Of a DNA stretch of 64,000 nucleotides, positions 25,574-34,328 are shown one piece after another. The stretch is from a virus (Duplodnaviria > Caudoviricetes): positions 128,001 through 192,000 of IMG/VR virus record IMGVR_UViG_3300035182_002389, one strand, 5' to 3'. The notes under the pieces were generated by a model. The model was not told where the DNA came from. It saw only the letters and a program-made list of their open reading frames with translations, and searched no databases. The position numbers were made by a program, and so were the translations under genes. Numbering within the stretch: position 1 is the stretch's first letter; every line of letters begins with the position of its first letter.

Positions 25574-25980
25574 ACCTCCTCATCCTCGACGACGAGCCTG
25601 CACGCCACACATTCTACGAGACGCGTTACGGCAGGATGCACCACATCCGCCACGCAACTCGCTACCTCGATTTCGCAAAAGCGCTCGGGGAGCGCCGCTG
25701 GGACTACATCTTCCTCGACCGCGATCTCGACAACCCCGAGTTCGCCCCGCGCCCCGATCGGTATCGCGGGCTTGACGGCGAAGTGCGCACGTACAACGGC
25801 GTCGACGCGGCCGTGCTCGTCGGCAAGCTGCCACGCCGTCTTCGCCCGCGCGGCGTGGTCGTCCAGTCCATCAACGAGGTCGGCTCGCACGACATCGCCG
25901 CCGTGCTCCAATCCTTCGGCGTTCGCTTCATTCGCGAGCCGTTCAACGAACTCGTCGAGCGCGTCGCCAAGACAGGGTGA
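25570..25980 (+). CDS. Receiver-like domain protein (cyclic-phosphate-processing receiver type)
   Basis: LLILDDEP..R; IFLDRDL; GVD; VVQSIN.VG. Confidence 0.6.
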   Translation: MNLLILDDEPARHTFYETRYGRMHHIRHATRYLDFAKALGERRWDYIFLDRDLDNPEFAPRPDRYRGLDGEVRTYNGVDAAVLVGKLPRRLRPRGVVVQSINEVGSHDIAAVLQSFGVRFIREPFNELVERVAKTG

Positions 25981-25985
25981 AGATC

Positions 25986-26597
25986 ATGAACAAGGAACTC
26001 CTGCTCGGAATCGGCGTCGGGAGCCTCATTGCTCTCTGCATCGTCGCAAAACGAAGCAGCGCAGCATCCTCGCTCACGCCTTTCAGCCCGCTCGCGAAGG
26101 GCTCCAAGATCCTCCTCGTCGGCGACTCGCTCGCTGTCGGTCTTCAGACTCGCCTCGGCGTCAACGCCAAGGACAACGGATACGCATTCGCTGCGGACGC
26201 CGTCGGTGGAACCAAGGCCGACCAATGGGCCCAGCGCATCGGCAGCGTTCTCGCGCGCGAGAGGCCTCAGCTCGTACTCGTCTCGCTCGGAACCAACGAC
26301 GCGCTCAACGCTCCGGTCGAGAAGGAGGCGCCCGACGTCGCAAGCCTCGTCAAGCAGATCCGTGATGCGGGCGCCGTCCCCGTCTGGATCTTCCCCATCA
26401 CGATGCCCTCGAACTTCACGAACGGCCTCACCACGTTCCGGTCTCTCGTACGCTCCCAAGGCGTCGAGGCCCTCGACTCCTCCGTCGTGCTCATTCCGAG
26501 GCCAGCCGCCGATCCCATCCATCCTGGAGGCGGCGGCTACGCCACCTGGGCCGACTGGATTTGGGGTACGCTGCAATCGCGCAACATCGTCTACTAG
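25986..26597 (+). CDS. SGNH/GDSL esterase with N-terminal anchor
   Basis: LVGDSL, GTND, DPIHPGGGGY. Confidence 0.85.
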   Translation: MNKELLLGIGVGSLIALCIVAKRSSAASSLTPFSPLAKGSKILLVGDSLAVGLQTRLGVNAKDNGYAFAADAVGGTKADQWAQRIGSVLARERPQLVLVSLGTNDALNAPVEKEAPDVASLVKQIRDAGAVPVWIFPITMPSNFTNGLTTFRSLVRSQGVEALDSSVVLIPRPAADPIHPGGGGYATWADWIWGTLQSRNIVY

Positions 26598-26615
26598 ACC
26601 CGCGGGAGTTCGCTC

Positions 26616-27224
26616 ATGTCGCACAGCCCCGTCCGCAACCAAATCTCCGCTGCCGATCCTGCTGCCCTCACCGCGTACGTGGGCAAGTTCCAAGCAGGCG
26701 ATACGGCCTATGTCGCGTCTCCGTCCGCCGAGTTCATCTTCAGCGCTACCAACCCATACCCTGCCGGCGCTCTCAACCTCGCCTACGTCCTCGCCAGCGG
26801 CGGCGGCTTCTGGCTCCGAAACATGCCGAACGCTGCCACGTTCCTGTGCGACGCGATCTTGCCAGCGTCTCTCGCCGTGCCGGCATTGACGTACCTGACG
26901 CCCGGATATGGAGCGACCACGGTCGATCCGCTTCCGTCTTCTGTTTCCCTCTTCGGCGTGATGCAGGCAACCAAGAGGACCGTCACGTCTCTCAGGGTTA
27001 GTCACGACTCCACCGCGGCAGAAGTCCCCACTATCCAGTACACCATCACGCTCAATGGCGCTCCCATCGTCACAACGGCGCTGTCTCTCGACGCCGGGAT
27101 GGATGCTGGCGAAATCTACTTCGGACCGCTTCCCGTCGTTCCTGGCGACGTCATCGGCGTTACGGCGCTTCCGACCGGCGTCGTCGTCAACACTCCGAGG
27201 TCCATCGTTGCCACGGTGAACTGA
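26616..27224 (+). CDS. MSHSPV-type spike-module protein with C-terminal beta domain
   Basis: N-terminus similar to 43188 (MSHSPV..AAL..G.F..GD..YV.S..GG.W). Confidence 0.65.
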   Translation: MSHSPVRNQISAADPAALTAYVGKFQAGDTAYVASPSAEFIFSATNPYPAGALNLAYVLASGGGFWLRNMPNAATFLCDAILPASLAVPALTYLTPGYGATTVDPLPSSVSLFGVMQATKRTVTSLRVSHDSTAAEVPTIQYTITLNGAPIVTTALSLDAGMDAGEIYFGPLPVVPGDVIGVTALPTGVVVNTPRSIVATVN

Positions 27225-27226
27225 AC

Positions 27227-27625
27227 ATGCACTGCAAAACCGCCGACGCTCAGCGCCTGTACATGCAGATCGCCATGACGCAAGCGGACGTGCGCGTGCT
27301 TAGTCGCATCGCGTACGAGACCAACGGCGAAGCGGGCCCCGTCGAGGCCTTCGCGCAGAAGCTCGTCGCCACGCGGTACGCCGGACTCCTTGCCCAGCGT
27401 GGAGAAGACGTCGCGCTCGATTTCTACGTCACGCCTTCGGAGCGCCAGGCGGTCGCGAAAGATGTCCGGGACATGGCCATCCAGAGCTACAAGGACGCCA
27501 CGGGACTCAGTTCCATCGCTCGCGAGAGCGTGCGGAGCGGGCAAGAGCGCCTCGCCCGAGAGAAGCTCCGCCAGAACCCGCCCAAGCTGTCGCTGATCCT
27601 CGGCGGGAAGCCGAAAACGCGATAG
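27227..27625 (+). CDS. Hypothetical protein
   Basis: Compact ORF in operon order. Confidence 0.6.
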   Translation: MHCKTADAQRLYMQIAMTQADVRVLSRIAYETNGEAGPVEAFAQKLVATRYAGLLAQRGEDVALDFYVTPSERQAVAKDVRDMAIQSYKDATGLSSIARESVRSGQERLAREKLRQNPPKLSLILGGKPKTR

Positions 27626-27640
27626 GCTTCTGCTTGCACC

Positions 27641-27655
27641 GGCTTGTCGCAAGCC
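27641..27655. promoter_or_regulatory. Palindromic motif GGCTT-GTCGC-AAGCC
   Basis: Intergenic, about 22 bp before ATG 27678. Confidence 0.75.
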
Positions 27656-27677
27656 AACCAGTAAAGGAAACCACACC

Positions 27678-28148
27678 ATGAACAAGGCTCTCCCGCTCCT
27701 CGTTGGCGGCGGCATCATCCTCGCCGCCGTCCTGTTGTCCTCGAAGAAGGCCAGCGCCGCCACGACTGCGGGCGGTGGCGGCGGAGGGGGCGGCGCGCCT
27801 CCGCCCCCGAACAACGGCGGAGGCGGGGCCACGCCCTACAACGTCCCGCCGCAGCCCCAGCCGCAGCCGCAGCCTGCTCCGACGCCCGCCCCGAGGCCTA
27901 CCAACGTGGCCAACACCCCGGGCAGCGCCAGCGGCATGTACTCCGCGACGCAGATCAAGTGCGTTCAGGCCTACCTGCTCGCCAACGGGTTCTACGCCGG
28001 CAAGACCATCGACGACACGAACACCATCGTCGACGCTGCGGTTGGTCCGCAGACGGAAGCTGCCATCAAGGCCTTCCAGCTCGCGAACGGTCTCACGCCG
28101 ACCGGCTTCATCAACGCCGACGTCATGAGCGCCACGGGCTGCCCGTAG
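27678..28148 (+). CDS. N-anchored protein with Gly/Pro stalk and one PG-binding domain
   Basis: VDAAVGPQTEAAIKAFQLANGLTPTGFINAD. Confidence 0.85.
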   Translation: MNKALPLLVGGGIILAAVLLSSKKASAATTAGGGGGGGGAPPPPNNGGGGATPYNVPPQPQPQPQPAPTPAPRPTNVANTPGSASGMYSATQIKCVQAYLLANGFYAGKTIDDTNTIVDAAVGPQTEAAIKAFQLANGLTPTGFINADVMSATGCP

Positions 28149-28403
28149 TCTCCGATGGGGTCAGGGCCAAAAGACGATCGTGAGGAGGTGCCGGATACTT
28201 TGCCGGCACCGCCGCCCGATCGCGCCCATGGTCCGGCCCCAAAGCCTTCTCGCGGAGCCAATACGAGGCCGTCCAGCCCCCACGCGATTCGCATCTCCGA
28301 CCTCTTGCGCGAAGCTCGCCAAGAGGCCGGCCTTGCGGACCTGCCGCACGAGCCGCCCCGAGCGCCCGGCGGCCCTGAACGCGACATCAGGAGGCGCCTG
28401 CAT

Positions 28404-29153
28404 ATGCCCTACATCCTCCCCACCATCGTGAAGGACAACATTCGAGGCGTCGACGTCTCGAAGTGGAACGGGCGCATCGACTGGAAGCGCCTCTATCAAG
28501 AGGCGGGGCCTTCCACCGAATCGCGCATCTGCATGGTGTCCATCCGGTGCGGAGAAGCGGCGTGGGGCACGCCCGATGACGAATGGGAGAACAACTGGAA
28601 GGGCGCGCATGACGCGGGCTTCCAGTTCATCGACGCCTACCACGCGTTTCATCCGAGCGCGGACCCCATCGTCCAGGCCGATCTCTTCGCAGAGCGCCTC
28701 GATAAAATGGGAGGCGTCACGCAGTTCGACTCCATCTCGAACGACTTCGAGGTCTTCGACATCCCTCGCCAGCAACATGCGCCTGCCGACGTCCACGACC
28801 GCGCGTGCCGATTCGCCGATCGCGTCGAAGCGAACACGAAGCGCGTCTGCAAGACGTACACGGGGACCTACTTCTGGATCGACGTCGGAAATCCCGACGA
28901 TGCCTCCCCGCTCGCTCGACGCCCGCTGTGGCTCGCGGCCTATCCCAACGCTGCAACGCAAGCCGCGGCCGACGCTGTGCAAGCCCCCATCGTGCCTCGC
29001 GCGTGGCTCGCACAAGGATGGATGTTCTGGCAGTGCATCGGCACCGACGCTGGCACACTTCCCGGGATTCCCGGCAAGGACGTCGACCGCGACGTCTTTC
29101 GGTCTTCTTCCATGACCGAGCTGGTCGACTGCTTCGCGTCCGCGAAGCTCTAG
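28404..29153 (+). CDS. GH25 family lysozyme/muramidase (endolysin)
   Basis: GVDVSKWNGRIDW, AYH, DFE, LWLAAY, WQ, VDRD; AGGAGG SD favours ATG 28404 (the ORF is open from 28155). Confidence 0.85.
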   Translation: MPYILPTIVKDNIRGVDVSKWNGRIDWKRLYQEAGPSTESRICMVSIRCGEAAWGTPDDEWENNWKGAHDAGFQFIDAYHAFHPSADPIVQADLFAERLDKMGGVTQFDSISNDFEVFDIPRQQHAPADVHDRACRFADRVEANTKRVCKTYTGTYFWIDVGNPDDASPLARRPLWLAAYPNAATQAAADAVQAPIVPRAWLAQGWMFWQCIGTDAGTLPGIPGKDVDRDVFRSSSMTELVDCFASAKL

Positions 29154-29160
29154 GAGCTGC

Positions 29161-29529
29161 ATGCCCTCGTCGAGCCCGTGGATGAAGGTCTTTCTCAGGC
29201 GCCTTGCCGATCGCGACGCAAGAGCCTCGTCCATCCACAGCGTCACCGGCGCGGACATGCACCGATGGTCCTTCGCTTCGTCGACCAAACGAGCCGACTT
29301 GCGGCAAGCCTGGGCCACGTCCGAAGGCCGCGCTTTCATCCGAGAAGTCGAAGGTCCGCTGCGCGAGTACCTTGCGTGGCGCTATGAGAGACGCCGGTTG
29401 CGGCCCACGCAGGGAGACGTCAAGAGGCTCGTTGAAGACGTTCTGCTCGAACAGCTCGACGCGTTCAAGGACCCCACACTCAACTTCCATCGCCTCGCCC
29501 GACTCATCGTCGACATCTACGGAGAATGA
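29161..29529 (+). CDS. Hypothetical helical protein (start uncertain)
   Basis: GGAG SD; contains a palindrome copy internally. Confidence 0.5.
   Translation: MPSSSPWMKVFLRRLADRDARASSIHSVTGADMHRWSFASSTKRADLRQAWATSEGRAFIREVEGPLREYLAWRYERRRLRPTQGDVKRLVEDVLLEQLDAFKDPTLNFHRLARLIVDIYGE
29296..29310. promoter_or_regulatory. Palindromic motif GACTT-GCGGC-AAGCC
   Basis: Perfect core palindrome, but inside ORF 29161. Confidence 0.5.
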
Positions 29530-29774
29530 TCATGCGCGGCCCGTTCAAGATGTTCATGAAGCCGAAAGAGACCGCCGACGATCTCAAGGTCGGGCAGGTT
29601 CGCATCGTCACCGACGGCGCCCACTACGGCATGCCGTTCGTGATCAAAATGATCCGATCGGGCAGCAACGGAAAAAAGCAAGCGCTCATGAAGTCGTACT
29701 TCGACGGCGGCCCCACGGGATTCGTCGATCTCGAAGAGGTGCTTCGCTCCACGCGTCCGAGACACGATCACTGA
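29526..29774 (+). CDS. Small SH3/KOW-like beta protein
   Basis: LKVGQVRIVTDGAHYG pattern; ATGA-type overlap. Confidence 0.5.
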   Translation: MIMRGPFKMFMKPKETADDLKVGQVRIVTDGAHYGMPFVIKMIRSGSNGKKQALMKSYFDGGPTGFVDLEEVLRSTRPRHDH

Positions 29775-29860
29775 TTTGGCACAAGAGAGTGAAGACTCTT
29801 TCATTTTCCACGTTCTGACCGCACCATGAAGAAGGGGCAGAAAGGTCTGCGGAATCGCCC

Positions 29861-30349
29861 ATGAACATCCTCGCCTTTGCTGCCGATGGGGCTCCGTCCG
29901 TTGAAGCGGCGGCTGCCGAGCTGATCAAAACAGGCGTGCTTGGAGCCGTCCTCGTTCTCGTCGGCGCGTACGCGTTCTGGGTCACTCGACAGTCGAACCA
30001 AGCGCAGGCCGACCGAGTCGCCGATCAGCAGAAGGTCACCGACACGCTCCTCAAGTTCTCCACGTCCATGGGAGACGTCATGCGCGACCTCAAGGGCGCC
30101 ATCGACAGCCTCAAGAACGCCACAGACGAAGAGCGCAAGGCCATCGGGATCATCGACGCGGGCCTCACCGAGATCGGCCGAAACGTCGACAAGGCCGTCG
30201 ATACTGCGGGCAAGGTCGCCGATCAGGTCAAGAACCTCGTCGACGATACGAAGAGGGCTCACGACGTGCATGCGGATGATAGTCGCCGCGCACACTCACA
30301 AATCCAAACCACCGTCGACGATGTCCTTCGACGGCTGCCAAAAAGCTGA
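29861..30349 (+). CDS. TM plus coiled-coil protein, holin/lysis-accessory-like
   Basis: GVLGAVLVLVGAYAFWV TM followed by heptads; close to GH25. Confidence 0.55.
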   Translation: MNILAFAADGAPSVEAAAAELIKTGVLGAVLVLVGAYAFWVTRQSNQAQADRVADQQKVTDTLLKFSTSMGDVMRDLKGAIDSLKNATDEERKAIGIIDAGLTEIGRNVDKAVDTAGKVADQVKNLVDDTKRAHDVHADDSRRAHSQIQTTVDDVLRRLPKS

Positions 30350-30370
30350 TCTCGCGCGAGGGAGGCCATC

Positions 30371-30721
30371 ATGCGCTGGTTGCGTCTCATCCCTCTGCAT
30401 CGACAGCAGCAGTCTGCTGACGATCTCGACGCTGCTCTCAAGAGCGTCGACTCCACGCAAGAGGTTTTCAACGAGCTGCGAGCCAAGCTCCAAGAAATCC
30501 AGCGAGATGTGCACGACGCTGCGCAGAGGGCGACGCCCACGCCAGAACCCTCCAAGGTTTCTGTTGCTCTCAAGACTCCCGCCCCGACCTACGTGAAGCC
30601 GACGATTCCAGGAGAGAAGACCGATGAGCGTGCCCAACGACCCGATGTCGCTCAAAATCGAGGAGACCCCGGCCGAGGAACGCCCGTCCCAGACCTCCGC
30701 CGAAAGGCAGGAGCGGCATAA
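30371..30721 (+). CDS. Coiled-coil hypothetical protein
   Basis: GGAGG SD; 3' end overlaps the next ORF by about 100 bp. Confidence 0.55.
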   Translation: MRWLRLIPLHRQQQSADDLDAALKSVDSTQEVFNELRAKLQEIQRDVHDAAQRATPTPEPSKVSVALKTPAPTYVKPTIPGEKTDERAQRPDVAQNRGDPGRGTPVPDLRRKAGAA

Positions 30722-31169
30722 AGACCTCGTCGACAGCTTCGACAGGCTCGTCAAGCCGCTCGATCAGATCCTCGCACTCATGCAGGGGCACGCGACGGCC
30801 CAACGAAGGCTTTTTGCCATCACCGCGAGCATCGCTCTGCTCGTCATCGTTGCGGCCGTCTATCAATTTCGCACCGCCCTGCGCATCAGCGCTCTCGAAC
30901 AGCAGCTCGCCTCGCTCAGCAAAACCGGCGAAGAGACCAAGACTAAGGTCGCCGAAACCGAAAAAAAGCTCGACGAGGACAAACTGCGGGCCTTGCTCGC
31001 TCCCGAAGTCCGCGTTCGCCCGGGGTCCAACGGATCTCCGAACCAAGCCGTTCTCATCGTCAAGTCGGCCCCGAGCGCTCAGGCGTCCGCACAACCATCG
31101 TCTTCCTGGACGCCCGCCTCGCACGTCCCGCACGAATACGCCTTCGAGATCGGACAAGTCGAGCCCTGA
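30624..31169 (+). CDS. Central-TM coiled-coil protein (spanin-like architecture)
   Basis: FAITASIALLVIVAAVY TM flanked by heptads; GGAG SD. Confidence 0.6.
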   Translation: MSVPNDPMSLKIEETPAEERPSQTSAERQERHKDLVDSFDRLVKPLDQILALMQGHATAQRRLFAITASIALLVIVAAVYQFRTALRISALEQQLASLSKTGEETKTKVAETEKKLDEDKLRALLAPEVRVRPGSNGSPNQAVLIVKSAPSAQASAQPSSSWTPASHVPHEYAFEIGQVEP

Positions 31170-31179
31170 CCGTTCGACC

Positions 31180-31194
31180 GGCTTTTCATAAGCC
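31180..31194. promoter_or_regulatory. Palindromic motif GGCTT-TTCAT-AAGCC
   Basis: Intergenic; TAGGAT at about 31231. Confidence 0.75.
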
Positions 31195-31284
31195 GGCGCC
31201 GCTTTGATCGCCTCGAAGGTCGGAAGCGGGTAGGATGGTCGCCATCCCGCTCTTCGCGGACAACCCAAAGCAGGAAACTTCACC

Positions 31285-31854
31285 ATGAAGAACTCGACCC
31301 TCCTTCTGCTCGGCGGTACGGCCGCGATCGGCGGCTACCTCCTCTACACCAAGGTGTACAAGGCGACTCCGCCGGCAGCCGGTGCGCTCCCCGCAGGCGG
31401 CGCTCCCGTTTCCCTGGTCACCACCCCGCCCGCAAAGCCGCTGATGGCAACGGATCAGGCCGCGAAGTCGCGCACGATCTCGGGCGACGAGAAGACCGCG
31501 TGGTACGCCGCGCTCAACAAGTATTATGCGATCTCGGGCGCCGACCTGGAGAAGCAGGCTGGCACCGTGAACGGTCCGATGACGGCCGTCAGCAACGTGG
31601 ACCAGTCGCCCGCCGTCCTCATGACTGCGCCCGACGCGATCCCGGACAACATGACCCAGAACGTCGCCGGCAACGCCCTGAAGGCGCTCGTTCGCCAGGG
31701 CTTCACCGTCATGGTTCCCCTGGAGACGCAGGCCAAGTTCCTCGCCGGCACCTCCCTCAACGGCGCGCCCCTCTGGGTCGGCCGCAACAGCGGCATCTCC
31801 AACGGCATCAACGCCGGCATGGCGATCCTTCTCACGCCGGAGCTGGACGCGTGA
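31285..31854 (+). CDS. N-anchored membrane protein (distant member of the 6187/33515/61488 family)
   Basis: LLLLGGTAAIGGYLLYTK; ends AGMAILLTP. Confidence 0.7.
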   Translation: MKNSTLLLLGGTAAIGGYLLYTKVYKATPPAAGALPAGGAPVSLVTTPPAKPLMATDQAAKSRTISGDEKTAWYAALNKYYAISGADLEKQAGTVNGPMTAVSNVDQSPAVLMTAPDAIPDNMTQNVAGNALKALVRQGFTVMVPLETQAKFLAGTSLNGAPLWVGRNSGISNGINAGMAILLTPELDA

Positions 31855-32369
31855 ACCCCGTCCTCCTGCTCGCCCTCGGGATCGCGACCGCCGCGGCCGT
31901 CGTCGGCCTTGCAGGGGGAAAGAAGGCGAACTCTCAACCCGTCCCCGCGCCGCCGCCTCCCGCGCCCCCGACCGGCCCTCGAACCCTCACGGATTCGACA
32001 GGGCTTGCCGGCATGACCAAGGAAGCGGCGGCGCAGCTCTACACGTGGTTGCAGAACGACTACTCGATGGGCATGGGCACGCCCCTGCGTCTGGGAGGCT
32101 ACGGACCGCTCGTTGCGAGCACGGTTAGCCACCAAGCCGGTCCAAAGGACCCGGCTCTCATGGGATCGACCAACGGGACTTGGTTTGTCGATCCGCAGTC
32201 GGGCTACTACACGTTCGTGCCGCCCGAGGTCGCTGCGGCCACGTCCAGCGCAGCGCTTCCGAGCCAGTTCTCCTACGTGAACGTGAAGCCCGAGTCGATC
32301 GCCGCGTTCCGTACGTCCAACCCCACGTGGGTGCTCGCGTTCTCGCCAGACACCACCGTCACGATCTGA
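31851..32369 (+). CDS. N-anchored membrane protein
   Basis: (M)NPVLLLALGIATAAAVVGLAGGKK; GTGA overlap; ends WVLAFSP. Confidence 0.7.
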   Translation: MNPVLLLALGIATAAAVVGLAGGKKANSQPVPAPPPPAPPTGPRTLTDSTGLAGMTKEAAAQLYTWLQNDYSMGMGTPLRLGGYGPLVASTVSHQAGPKDPALMGSTNGTWFVDPQSGYYTFVPPEVAAATSSAALPSQFSYVNVKPESIAAFRTSNPTWVLAFSPDTTVTI

Positions 32370-32376
32370 GGAGACG

Positions 32377-33492
32377 ATGCGCTGGAGCGATTTTGTCGCG
32401 CAGATGCGGGCTGGCAACGTTCGAGGACAAGCTCTCGACGATGCCGGCCTCGCCGCCATGCTCGCTGGGAACGTTCCCGAATGGATGGCCGCTGCCCCGC
32501 GCATCCCGTGCCAAGTATCGGCGTCCATCGACGGGCTCACGTACTACTGCGTCTACTACGTCAAGCAGAACTACCTCACCATCGGCGAAGATGACGATTG
32601 GGGCACCTTCCCGCTTTCGGAAGTGAACCTGCAAGCGTGGTGCGACAAGACCGGATGCTTCATCCCCCCGAAGAAGATCATCCGCGACACGTGGGACCGC
32701 ACCGACTGCAAGATCGCGCCGCAGAACATCTATCGGCCACCGGCGGGGTATCCGGGACCACTCGACGCAGGCATCGAGCCCATTGCCGCCGAACAGCAGA
32801 TGATCAACGAGGCGATGCAGCAAAAAGGCTGCTCCGTCAACTCGTTCTCGCGCGCGAAGAAGGCGTACATCACCGCGCCGAACATGGACGGCGGCAACCT
32901 CCACTTCACCGGCTGGTACTCGGACGGCATCACAGGCTACAAGGCCGCCGACCCCGGCCTCGCCAACAGCAAGGGCGTCGTGCAGCCTCCGCGCACGCCG
33001 TACGGGCGCGCATGGCAGGACGGCGATGACGCCTCTCATCCGGCTCGCTACGCCGACTACTCGCACGGCTGCGACGTCGTGGGCCCGACCGTCAGCATCA
33101 ACGATCAGGAGTACAGCTTCGCGGATGTGTGCGCGCATCCGAAGCTCCACGTGCTCGTCTCGGACCAAGGACCCTTCGTCCCTCGCTTTCCCAACGCGAA
33201 CTTGAAGCCGCCGTCGCCTCCCGCGCCCATGCCCAACGCGCCCGAGACGCTCGCGAGCTTTGCAGGGCCCATCTACAAGACCAACAGCGCGGGAATCGCC
33301 GTTCTCTCCAAGGCAGGGCAGCCTCTTGTCCGCTACAGCGTGCCCAACGCTCCCGCGACCACGAACTCTTCAACCTCGCCCGCCTCTTCACCACGCGGTC
33401 TCTTGACCATTCTCGGTCTTGGAGCTGTCGCGATCGGGGCGTATTGGTACTGGAAAGAAAGCGTTCGGCGCCCTCGCCTGGTTCGCGCATAG
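32377..33492 (+). CDS. Uncharacterised enzyme-like protein with C-terminal TM
   Basis: YLTIG.D.D, KK, FTGWY, QP, H..Y.DYSHG motif pattern. Confidence 0.7.
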   Translation: MRWSDFVAQMRAGNVRGQALDDAGLAAMLAGNVPEWMAAAPRIPCQVSASIDGLTYYCVYYVKQNYLTIGEDDDWGTFPLSEVNLQAWCDKTGCFIPPKKIIRDTWDRTDCKIAPQNIYRPPAGYPGPLDAGIEPIAAEQQMINEAMQQKGCSVNSFSRAKKAYITAPNMDGGNLHFTGWYSDGITGYKAADPGLANSKGVVQPPRTPYGRAWQDGDDASHPARYADYSHGCDVVGPTVSINDQEYSFADVCAHPKLHVLVSDQGPFVPRFPNANLKPPSPPAPMPNAPETLASFAGPIYKTNSAGIAVLSKAGQPLVRYSVPNAPATTNSSTSPASSPRGLLTILGLGAVAIGAYWYWKESVRRPRLVRA

Positions 33493-33514
33493 ACCTCACC
33501 CCAAGGGAAACCTC

Positions 33515-34156
33515 ATGAAGACCTCGCACATGGTTCTGCTCGGACTCGGCGCTGCCGGCGTCGCGTACCTCGTCTACACGAAGACCAAGACCCCCGCTCC
33601 TACCACGGGCGCAACGCCGGGCACGCCGCCCGCACCAGGCACCACGCAGCTCACGACGGGCCCCGGCGTGCCCGCACCGACCCACGTCGTGTACAAGCCG
33701 ACGCCCGTCGTTGCGACGCCGGGAAGCGTCCCTCTGACGCCCACGCCCGCGACGCCTGCCGCGCCGCGCACTGCCCCGACGCCCGACCAGGCCATGAACG
33801 ATGCGGACTCCGCCGCGTTCCTCTCGAAGATGGCCTCATACTACGTCCCCAGCAGCGCCGACGACTTCACCTCGATGTCGGGGGCCTTCACCGCGGCGGC
33901 CGTCGACGGCACCACGGACACGTCCAAGATCGGCGCAAACCTCGCGGCCGGCCTTCCGTACGTGTACGCGAGCGGGGTCATCGACGACGCCAAGAACGCC
34001 GGCAAGGCGCTCTACGTGTCGAAGAGCGATGCTCTGGCGATGGGCCCGAGCGTCGCTTTCCAGTTCGGCGACACCGGCGACATCGGAACCTTCCTGATCG
34101 ACAACGCCGGCATGGCAATCGTCTACCCGAAGATCGCCATCGCTCCACAAGCCTGA
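33515..34156 (+). CDS. N-anchored membrane protein with Pro/Thr stalk
   Basis: VLLGLGAAGVAYLVYTK; ends NAGMAIVYP; similar to 31285. Confidence 0.7.
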   Translation: MKTSHMVLLGLGAAGVAYLVYTKTKTPAPTTGATPGTPPAPGTTQLTTGPGVPAPTHVVYKPTPVVATPGSVPLTPTPATPAAPRTAPTPDQAMNDADSAAFLSKMASYYVPSSADDFTSMSGAFTAAAVDGTTDTSKIGANLAAGLPYVYASGVIDDAKNAGKALYVSKSDALAMGPSVAFQFGDTGDIGTFLIDNAGMAIVYPKIAIAPQA

Positions 34157-34177
34157 TCAGAAGTACCGTTCTTCGAG

Positions 34178-34212
34178 GGGCGCGCTTCTTCGGAGGCGCG
34201 CCCTTTCGTTTT
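34178..34212 (+). terminator. Rho-independent terminator
   Basis: GGGCGCGCTTC-TTCG-GAGGCGCGCCC (11-bp stem, UUCG loop) followed by TTTCGTTTT. Confidence 0.85.
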
Positions 34213-34328
34213 ATCCATCAGATTCATCCATCAGCCAGACCCACAAAAAGTAGTGGGTTGCTCGTGGAGAACACTTGTCATGGAGTTCACTGCGAAGGAG
34301 ACTCGACGACGGGGAAGGAACGGGAAAC

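Noticed and set aside
28155-28403. N-terminal extension of GH25
   Set aside because: It is Pro/Arg-rich and has no SD, while a strong AGGAGG precedes ATG 28404. I left it unannotated but cannot exclude it.
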